A DNA stretch of 64,000 nucleotides from Auanema rhodensis. Lineage: Eukaryota > Animalia > Nematoda. This document shows, one piece after another, positions 54,695-64,000 of this stretch. The first letter of the stretch is position 1; each line of letters opens with the position of its first letter. The DNA is taken from NCBI GenBank assembly GCA_964057225.1, contig OZ059900.1, positions 22,196,001-22,260,000 of the forward strand, read 5' to 3'. The notes below the pieces were generated by a model. It saw only the letters and a program-made list of their open reading frames with translations. It was not told the DNA's origin and did not search any database. The position numbers and the translations under genes were made by a program.

Positions 54695-56345
54695 ATTGAA
54701 ATCGATTTTTGTTCATATGTGTTACATACTAAAATGAAGCATTTTACATGCTGAACACTAGAAAAATACAAAAACACAGTATTTCTCATGAGAAATATTT
54801 TATTATGCTGGAAAACCAGTTTTTGGAAATTTCGCTGTAAACAAGGTTTTGACTTACGATTTCATGTGTTCAAACTCATGCAATGTCAATGAAACCTAGC
54901 TCAAAATTGTTTGTACAACGTCTAGTTCCACTTTCACGACAAAAAAACAAGGGTTAGAAAATTAAGGAAATTAGCATATTCTGAGGGCACGCCCCTTATG
55001 GCTAATATTGATTAAATCGATTTTTGTTCATATGAGTAGTCAAATGCAACGAATTTCAGCGTGTTACATACTAAAATGAACCATTTTACATGCTGAACAC
55101 TAGAAAAATACAAAAACACAGTATTTCCCATGAGAAATATTTTATTATGCTGGAAAACCAGTTTTTGGAATTTTCGCTGTAAACAAGGTTTTGACTTACG
55201 ATTTCATGTGTTCAAACTCATGCAATGTCAATGAAACCTAGCTCAAAATTGTTCGTACAACGTCTAGTTCCACTTTCACGACAAAAAAACAGGGGTTAGA
55301 AAATTTAGGAAATTAGCATATTCTGAGGGCACGCCCCTTATGGCTAATATTGATTAAATCGATTTTTGTTCATATGAGTCGTCAAATGCAACGAATTTCA
55401 GCGTGTTACATACTAAAATGAAGCATTTTACATGCTGAACACTAGAAAAATACAAAAACACAGTATTTCCCATGAGAAATATTTTATTATGCTGGAAAAC
55501 CAGTTTTTGGAAATTTCGCTGTAAACAAGGTTTTGACTTACGATTTCATGTGTTCAAACTCATGCAATGTCAATGAAACCTAGCTCAAAATTGTTCCTAC
55601 AACGTCTAGTTCCACTTTCACGACAAAAAAACAGGGGTTAGAAAATTAATGAAATTAGCATATTCTGAGGGCACGCCCCTTATGGCTAATATTGATTAAA
55701 TCGATTTTTGTTCATATGAGTCGTCAAATGCAACGAATTTCATCGTGTTACATACTAAAATTAAGCATTTTACATGCTGAACACTAGAAAAATACAAAAA
55801 CACAGTATTTCTCATGAGAAATATTTTATTATGCTGGAAAACCAGTTTTTGGAAATTTCGCTGTAAACAAGGTTTTGACTTACGATTTCATGTGTTCAAA
55901 CTCATGCAATGTCAATGAAACCTAGCTCAAAATTGTTTGTACAACGTCTAGTTCCACTTTCACGACAAAAAAACAGGGGTTAGAAAATTAAGGAAATTAG
56001 CATATTCTGAGGGCACGCCCCTTATGGCTAATATTGATTAAATCGATTTTTGTTCATATGAGTAGTCAAATGCAACGAATTTCAGCGTGTTACATACTAA
56101 AATGAAGCATTTTACATGCTGAACACTAGAAAAATACAAAAACACAGTATTTCCCATGAGAAATATTTTATTATGCTGGAAAACCAGTTTTTGGAATTTT
56201 CGCTGTAAACAAGGTTTTGACTTACGATTTCATGTGTTCAAACTCATGCAATGTCAATGAAACCTAGCTCAAAATTGTTCGTACAACGTCTAGTTCCACT
56301 TTCACGACAAAAAAACAGGGGTTAGAAAATTAAGGAAATTAGCAT
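54695..56345 (-). repeat. Inverted satellite block, HOR unit 2
   Basis: Copy of 52626-54276 at +2069. Confidence 0.96.
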
Positions 56346-56762
56346 TTTTCTAGTGTTCAGCATGTAAAATGCTTCATTTTAGTATGTAACACGCTGAAAT
56401 TCGTTGCATTTGACGACTCATATGAACAAAAATCGATTTAATCAATATTAGCCATAAGGGGCGTGCCCTCAGAATATGCTAATTTCCTTAATTTTCTAAC
56501 CCCTGTTTTTTTGTCGTGAAAGTGGAACTAGACGTTGTACGAACAATTTTGAGCTAGGTTTCATTGACATTGCATGAGTTTGAACACATGAAATCGTAAG
56601 TCAAAACCTTGTTTACAGCGAAATTTCCAAAAACTGGTTTTCCAGCATAATAAAATAATTCTCATGAGAAATACTGTGTTTTTGTATTTTTCTAGTGTTC
56701 AGCATGTAAAATGCTTCATTTTAGTATGTAACACGCTGAAATTCGTTGCATTTGACGACTCA
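56344..56762 (+). repeat. Forward spacer of HOR unit 2 (419 bp)
   Basis: Same as 54275-54693; T200A at 56658. Confidence 0.96.
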
Positions 56763-56763
56763 C

Positions 56764-58414
56764 ATTGAAATCGATTTTTGTTCATATGTGTTACATACTA
56801 AAATGAAGCATTTTACATGCTGAACACTAGAAAAATACAAAAACACAGTATTTCTCATGAGAAATATTTTATTATGCTGGAAAACCAGTTTTTGGAAATT
56901 TCGCTGTAAACAAGGTTTTGACTTACGATTTCATGTGTTCAAACTCATGCAATGTCAATGAAACCTAGCTCAAAATTGTTTGTACAACGTCTAGTTCCAC
57001 TTTCACGACAAAAAAACAAGGGTTAGAAAATTAAGGAAATTAGCATATTCTGAGGGCACGCCCCTTATGGCTAATATTGATTAAATCGATTTTTGTTCAT
57101 ATGAGTAGTCAAATGCAACGAATTTCAGCGTGTTACATACTAAAATGAACCATTTTACATGCTGAACACTAGAAAATTACAAAAACACAGTATTTCCCAT
57201 GAGAAATATTTTATTATGCTGGAAAACCAGTTTTTGGAATTTTCGCTGTAAACAAGGTTTTGACTTACGATTTCATGTGTTCAAACTCATGCAATGTCAA
57301 TGAAACCTAGCTCAAAATTGTTCGTACAACGTCTAGTTCCACTTTCACGACAAAAAAACAGGGGTTAGAAAATTTAGGAAATTAGCATATTCTGAGGGCA
57401 CGCCCCTTATGGCTAATATTGATTAAATCGATTTTTGTTCATATGAGTCGTCAAATGCAACGAATTTCAGCGTGTTACATACTAAAATGAAGCATTTTAC
57501 ATGCTGAACACTAGAAAAATACAAAAACACAGTATTTCCCATGAGAAATATTTTATTATGCTGGAAAACCAGTTTTTGGAAATTTCGCTGTAAACAAGGT
57601 TTTGACTTACGATTTCATGTGTTCAAACTCATGCAATGTCAATGAAACCTAGCTCAAAATTGTTCCTACAACGTCTAGTTCCACTTTCACGACAAAAAAA
57701 CAGGGGTTAGAAAATTAATGAAATTAGCATATTCTGAGGGCACGCCCCTTATGGCTAATATTGATTAAATCGATTTTTGTTCATATGAGTCGTCAAATGC
57801 AACGAATTTCATCGTGTTACATACTAAAATTAAGCATTTTACATGCTGAACACTAGAAAAATACAAAAACACAGTATTTCTCATGAGAAATATTTTATTA
57901 TGCTGGAAAACCAGTTTTTGGAAATTTCGCTGTAAACAAGGTTTTGACTTACGATTTCATGTGTTCAAACTCATGCAATGTCAATGAAACCTAGCTCAAA
58001 ATTGTTTGTACAACGTCTAGTTCCACTTTCACGACAAAAAAACAGGGGTTAGAAAATTAAGGAAATTAGCATATTCTGAGGGCACGCCCCTTATGGCTAA
58101 TATTGATTAAATCGATTTTTGTTCATATGAGTAGTCAAATGCAACGAATTTCAGCGTGTTACATACTAAAATGAAGCATTTTACATGCTGAACACTAGAA
58201 AAATACAAAAACACAGTATTTCCCATGAGAAATATTTTATTATGCTGGAAAACCAGTTTTTGGAAATTTCGCTGTAAACAAGGTTTTGACTTACGATTTC
58301 ATGTGTTCAAACTCATGCAATGTCAATGAAACCTAGCTCAAAATTGTTTGTACAACGTCTAGTTCCACTTTCACGACAAAAAAACAGGGGTTAGAAAATT
58401 AAGGAAATTAGCAT
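56764..58414 (-). repeat. Inverted satellite block, HOR unit 3
   Basis: Copy at +4138. Its last monomer carries T166/A83 alleles instead of A166/G83. Confidence 0.95.
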
Positions 58415-58489
58415 TTTTCTAGTGTTCAGCATGTAAAATGCTTCATTTTAGTATGTAACACGCTGAAATTCGTTGCATTTGACGACTCA
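58413..58489 (+). repeat. Short forward spacer of HOR unit 3 (m228-304; 77 bp)
   Basis: The two junctions are only 77 bp apart, exactly one monomer (342 bp) less than the usual 419 bp. Confidence 0.95.
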
Positions 58490-58490
58490 C

Positions 58491-60141
58491 ATTGAAATCG
58501 ATTTTTGTTCATATGTGTTACATACTAAAATGAAGCATTTTACATGCTGAACACTAGAAAAATACAAAAACACAGTATTTCTCATGAGAAATATTTTATT
58601 ATGCTGGAAAACCAGTTTTTGGAAATTTCGCTGTAAACAAGGTTTTGACTTACGATTTCATGTGTTCAAACTCATGCAATGTCAATGAAACCTAGCTCAA
58701 AATTGTTTCTACAACGTCTAGTTCCACTTTCACGACAAAAAAACAAGGGTTAGAAAATTAAGGAAATTAGCATATTCTGAGGGCACGCCCCTTATGGCTA
58801 ATATTGATTAAATCGATTTTTGTTCATATGAGTAGTCAAATGCAACGAATTTCAGCGTGTTACATACTAAAATGAACCATTTTACATGCTGAACACTGGA
58901 AAAATACAAAAACACAGTATTTCCCATGAGAAATATTTTATTATGCTGGAAAACCAGTTTTTGGAATTTTCGCTGTAAACAAGGTTTTGACTTACGATTT
59001 CATGTGTTCAAACTCATGCAATGTCAATGAAACCTAGCTCAAAATTGTTCGTACAACGTCTAGTTCCACTTTCACGACAAAAAAACAGGGGTTAGAAAAT
59101 TTAGGAAATTAGCATATTCTGAGGGCACGCCCCTTATGGCTAATATTGATTAAATCGATTTTTGTTCATATGAGTCGTCAAATGCAACGAATTTCAGCGT
59201 GTTACATACTAAAATGAAGCATTTTACATGCTGAACACTAGAAAAATACAAAAACACAGTATTTCCCATGAGAAATATTTTATTATGCTGGAAAACCAGT
59301 TTTTGGAAATTTCGCTGTAAACAAGGTTTTGACTTACGATTTCATGTGTTCAAACTCATGCAATGTCAATGAAACCTAGCTCAAAATTGTTCCTACAACG
59401 TCTAGTTCCACTTTCACGACAAAAAAACAGGGGTTAGAAAATTAATGAAATTAGCATATTCTGAGGGCACGCCCCTTATGGCTAATATTGATTAAATCGA
59501 TTTTTGTTCATATGAGTCGTCAAATGCAACGAATTTCATCGTGTTACATACTAAAATTAAGCATTTTACATGCTGAACACTAGAAAAATACAAAAACACA
59601 GTATTTCTCATGAGAAATATTTTATTATGCTGGAAAACCAGTTTTTGGAAATTTCGCTGTAAACAAGGTTTTGACTTACGATTTCATGTGTTCAAACTCA
59701 TGCAATGTCAATGAAACCTAGCTCAAAATTGTTTGTACAACGTCTAGTTCAACTTTCACGACAAAAAAACAGGGGTTAGAAAATTAAGGAAATTAGCATA
59801 TTCTGAGGGCACGCCCCTTATGGCTAATATTGATTAAATCGATTTTTGTTCATATGAGTAGTCAAATGCAACGAATTTCAGCGTGTTACATACTAAAATG
59901 AAGCATTTTACATGCTGAACACTAGAAAAATACAAAAACACAGTATTTCCCATGAGAAATATTTTATTATGCTGGAAAACCAGTTTTTGGAATTTTCGCT
60001 GTAAACAAGGTTTTGACTTACGATTTCATGTGTTCAAACTCATGCAATGTCAATGAAACCTAGCTCAAAATTGTTCGTACAACGTCTAGTTCCACTTTCA
60101 CGACAAAAAAACAGGGGTTAGAAAATTAAGGAAATTATCAT
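58491..60141 (-). repeat. Inverted satellite block, HOR unit 4
   Basis: Same structure, with new variants at 58709, 58898, 59751 and 60138. Confidence 0.95.
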
Positions 60142-60558
60142 TTTTCTAGTGTTCAGCATGTAAAATGCTTCATTTTAGTATGTAACACGCTGAAATTCGT
60201 TGCATTTGACGACTCATATGAACAAAAATCGATTTAATCAATATTAGCCATAAGGGGCGTGCCCTCAGAATATGCTAATTTCCTTAATTTTCTAACCCCT
60301 GTTTTTTTGTCGTGAAAGTGGAACTAGACGTTGTACGAACAATTTTGAGCTAGGTTTCATTGACATTGCATGAGTTTGAACACATGAAATCGTAAGTCAA
60401 AACCTTGTTTACAGCGAAATTTCCAAAAACTGGTTTTCCAGCATAATAAAATAATTCTCATGAGAAATACTGTGTTTTTGTATTTTTCTAGTGTTCAGCA
60501 TGTAAAATGCTTCATTTTAGTATGTAACACGCTGAAATTCGTTGCATTTGACGACTCA
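60140..60558 (+). repeat. Forward spacer of HOR unit 4 (419 bp)
   Basis: T200A at 60454. Confidence 0.95.
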
Positions 60559-60559
60559 C

Positions 60560-62210
60560 ATTGAAATCGATTTTTGTTCATATGTGTTACATACTAAAAT
60601 GAAGCATTTTACATGCTGAACACTAGAAAAATACAAAAACACAGTATTTCTCATGAGAAATATTTTATTATGCTGGAAAACCAGTTTTTGGAAATTTCGC
60701 TGTAAACAAGGTTTTGACTTACGATTTCATGTGTTCAAACTCATGCAATGTCAATGAAACCTAGCTCAAAATTGTTTCTACAACGTCTAGTTCCACTTTC
60801 ACGACAAAAAAACAAGGGTTAGAAAATTAAGGAAATTAGCATATTCTGAGGGCACGCCCCTTATGGCTAATATTGATTAAATCGATTTTTGTTCATATGA
60901 GTAGTCAAATGCAACGAATTTCAGCGTGTTACATACTAAAATGAACCATTTTACATGCTGAACACTGGAAAAATACAAAAACACAGTATTTCCCATGAGA
61001 AATATTTTATTATGCTGGAAAACCAGTTTTTGGAATTTTCGCTGTAAACAAGGTTTTGACTTACGATTTCATGTGTTCAAACTCATGCAATGTCAATGAA
61101 ACCTAGCTCAAAATTGTTCGTACAACGTCTAGTTCCACTTTCACGACAAAAAAACAGGGGTTAGAAAATTTAGGAAATTAGCATATTCTGAGGGCACGCC
61201 CCTTATGGCTAATATTGATTAAATCGATTTTTGTTCATATGAGTCGTCAAATGCAACGAATTTCAGCGTGTTACATACTAAAATGAAGCATTTTACATGC
61301 TGAACACTAGAAAAATACAAAAACACAGTATTTCCCATGAGAAATATTTTATTATGCTGGAAAACCAGTTTTTGGAAATTTCGCTGTAAACAAGGTTTTG
61401 ACTTACGATTTCATGTGTTCAAACTCATGCAATGTCAATGAAACCTAGCTCAAAATTGTTCCTACAACGTCTAGTTCCACTTTCACGACAAAAAAACAGG
61501 GGTTAGAAAATTAATGAAATTAGCATATTCTGAGGGCACGCCCCTTATGGCTAATATTGATTAAATCGATTTTTGTTCATATGAGTCGTCAAATGCAACG
61601 AATTTCATCGTGTTACATACTAAAATTAAGCATTTTACATGCTGAACACTAGAAAAATACAAAAACACAGTATTTCTCATGAGAAATATTTTATTATGCT
61701 GGAAAACCAGTTTTTGGAAATTTCGCTGTAAACAAGGTTTTGACTTACGATTTCATGTGTTCAAACTCATGCAATGTCAATGAAACCTAGCTCAAAATTG
61801 TTTGTACAACGTCTAGTTCAACTTTCACGACAAAAAAACAGGGGTTAGAAAATTAAGGAAATTAGCATATTCTGAGGGCACGCCCCTTATGGCTAATATT
61901 GATTAAATCGATTTTTGTTCATATGAGTAGTCAAATGCAACGAATTTCAGCGTGTTACATACTAAAATGAAGCATTTTACATGCTGAACACTAGAAAAAT
62001 ACAAAAACACAGTATTTCCCATGAGAAATATTTTATTATGCTGGAAAACCAGTTTTTGGAATTTTCGCTGTAAACAAGGTTTTGACTTACGATTTCATGT
62101 GTTCAAACTCATGCAATGTCAATGAAACCTAGCTCAAAATTATTCGTACAACGTCTAGTTCCACTTTCACGACAAAAAAACAGGGGTTAGAAAATTAAGG
62201 AAATTAGCAT
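60560..62210 (-). repeat. Inverted satellite block, HOR unit 5
   Basis: Shares unit-4 variants at 60778, 60967 and 61820. Confidence 0.95.
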
Positions 62211-62627
62211 TTTTCTAGTGTTCAGCATGTAAAATGCTTCATTTTAGTATGTAACACGCTGAAATTCGTTGCATTTGACGACTCATATGAACAAAAATCG
62301 ATTTAATCAATATTAGCCATAAGGGGCGTGCCCTCAGAATATGCTAATTTCCTTAATTTTCTAACCCCTGTTTTTTTGTCGTGAAAGTGGAACTAGACGT
62401 TGTACGAACAATTTTGAGCTAGGTTTCATTGACATTGCATGAGTTTGAACACATGAAATCGTAAGTCAAAACCTTGTTTACAGCGAAATTTCCAAAAACT
62501 GGTTTTCCAGCATAATAAAATAATTCTCATGAGAAATACTGTGTTTTTGTATTTTTCTAGTGTTCAGCATGTAAAATGCTTCATTTTAGTATGTAACACG
62601 CTGAAATTCGTTGCATTTGACGACTCA
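62209..62627 (+). repeat. Forward spacer of HOR unit 5 (419 bp)
   Basis: T200A at 62523. Confidence 0.95.
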
Positions 62628-62628
62628 C

Positions 62629-64000
62629 ATTGAAATCGATTTTTGTTCATATGTGTTACATACTAAAATGAAGCATTTTACATGCTGAACACTAGAAAAA
62701 TACAAAAACACAGTATTTCTCATGAGAAATATTTTATTATGCTGGAAAACCAGTTTTTGGAAATTTCGCTGTAAACAAGGTTTTGACTTACGATTTCATG
62801 TGTTCAAACTCATGCAATGTCAATGAAACCTAGCTCAAAATTGTTTCTACAACGTCTAGTTCCACTTTCACGACAAAAAAACAAGGGTTAGAAAATTAAG
62901 GAAATTAGCATATTCTGAGGGCACGCCCCTTATGGCTAATATTGATTAAATCGATTTTTGTTCATATGAGTAGTCAAATGCAACGAATTTCAGCGTGTTA
63001 CATACTAAAATGAACCATTTTACATGCTGAACACTGGAAAAATACAAAAACACAGTATTTCCCATGAGAAATATTTTATTATGCTGGAAAACCAGTTTTT
63101 GGAATTTTCGCTGTAAACAAGGTTTTGACTTACGATTTCATGTGTTCAAACTCATGCAATGTCAATGAAACCTAGCTCAAAATTGTTCGTACAACGTCTA
63201 GTTCCACTTTCACGACAAAAAAACAGGGGTTAGAAAATTAAGGAAATTAGCATATTCTGAGGGCACGCCCCTTATGGCTAATATTGATTAAATCGATTTT
63301 TGTTCATATGAGTAGTCAAATGCAACGAATTTCAGCGTGTTACATACTAAAATGAACCATTTTACATGCTGAACACTAGAAAAATACAAAAACACAGTAT
63401 TTCCCATGAGAAATATTTTATTATTCTGGAAAACCAGTTTTTGGAATTTTCGCTGTAAACAAGGTTTTGACTTACGATTTCATGTGTTCAAACTCATGCA
63501 ATGTCAATGAAACCTAGCTCAAAATTGTTCGTACAACGTCTAGTTCCACTTTCACGACAAAAAAACAGGGGTTAGAAAATTTAGGAAATTAGCATATTCT
63601 GAGGGCACGCCCCTTATGGCTAATATTGATTAAATCGATTTTTGTTCATATGAGTCGTCAAATGCAACGAATTTCAGCGTGTTACATACTAAAATGAAGC
63701 ATTTTACATGCTGAACACTAGAAAAATACAAAAACACAGTATTTCCCATGAGAAATATTTTATTATGCTGGAAAACCAGTTTTTGGAAATTTCGCTGTAA
63801 ACAAGGTTTTGACTTACGATTTCATGTGTTCAAACTCATGCAATGTCAATGAAACCTAGCTCAAAATTGTTCCTACAACGTCTAGTTCCACTTTCACGAC
63901 AAAAAAACAGGGGTTAGAAAATTAATGAAATTAGCATATTCTGAGGGCACGCCCCTTATGGCTAATATTGATTAAATCGATTTTTGTTCATATGAGTCGT
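62629..64000 (-). repeat. Inverted satellite block, HOR unit 6 (truncated by window end; contains an extra monomer)
   Basis: Starts with the same junction. The GAACC marker occurs twice, at 63015 and 63357. Confidence 0.93.

Larger units (their letters stand above)
1..64000. repeat. Satellite DNA array of a 342-bp AT-rich monomer occupying the entire window (both orientations)
   Basis: GGGCGTGCCCTCAGAATATGC recurs at 1, 343, 685, 1027 and onward with a 342-bp period. Its reverse complement GCATATTCTGAGGGCACGCCC recurs after 52.6 kb. No non-satellite sequence beyond a few junction bases was seen. The array runs off both window ends. Confidence 0.99.
52625..64000. repeat. Tandem 2069-bp higher-order repeat with a built-in inversion (5 complete units plus a truncated 6th)
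   Basis: The junction GACTCA-CATTG-AAATCGATTTTTGTTCATATG-TGTTAC has its CATTG starting at 52625, 54694, 56763, 58490, 60559 and 62628. Spacings are 2069, 2069, 1727, 2069 and 2069. The second junction TTAGC-AT-TTTTCTAG lies exactly 1650 bp after each of the first five. Confidence 0.97.

Noticed and set aside
1-64000. CRISPR array or other prokaryotic repeat system
   Set aside because: There are no unique spacers and no cas or other genes; the whole 342-bp unit is repeated.
52625-64000. Fold-back read chimera, amplification artefact or misassembly
   Set aside because: The junctions recur at a fixed period, the inverted block does not mirror adjacent haplotypes, and units carry nested private SNPs. 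Raw-read confirmation is still needed.
52625-64000. Transposon or MITE terminal inverted repeats, or a recombinase-driven invertible switch
   Set aside because: The arms are plain satellite, with no target-site duplication, internal unique sequence or enzyme gene. The two junctions are non-reciprocal, unlike conservative site-specific inversion.
52625-64000. Ongoing breakage-fusion-bridge cycles
   Set aside because: Independent cycles would create different fold-back junctions, whereas here the same two junctions are copied in tandem.

Overview
The whole 64-kb window is one AT-rich satellite DNA array (about 34% GC by manual count of the first monomer) built from a 342-bp monomer. It looks like eukaryotic heterochromatic or centromeric DNA, and I see no genes, RNA genes, transposons or CRISPR arrays. 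Bases 1-52624 are about 154 head-to-tail plus-strand monomers that differ at only a few positions. Their shared variants reveal layered higher-order repeats (HORs): an imperfect ~26-mer in 1-23 kb and 3- to 10-mers in 28-52.6 kb. At 52625 the array flips orientation. The rest of the window is a tandem 2069-bp HOR made of ~1650 bp of inverted satellite plus a 419-bp forward piece, joined by two fixed, reused junctions. This creates a regular series of kilobase-scale inverted repeats, which is the most unusual feature here. The monomer itself is rich in short dyads and may be an ancient ~171-bp dimer. The nine 69-aa ORFs are a by-product of one TGA>TGG variant. Monomer positions (m) are numbered from window base 1; monomer index n is 0-based. 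All counts were made by eye.
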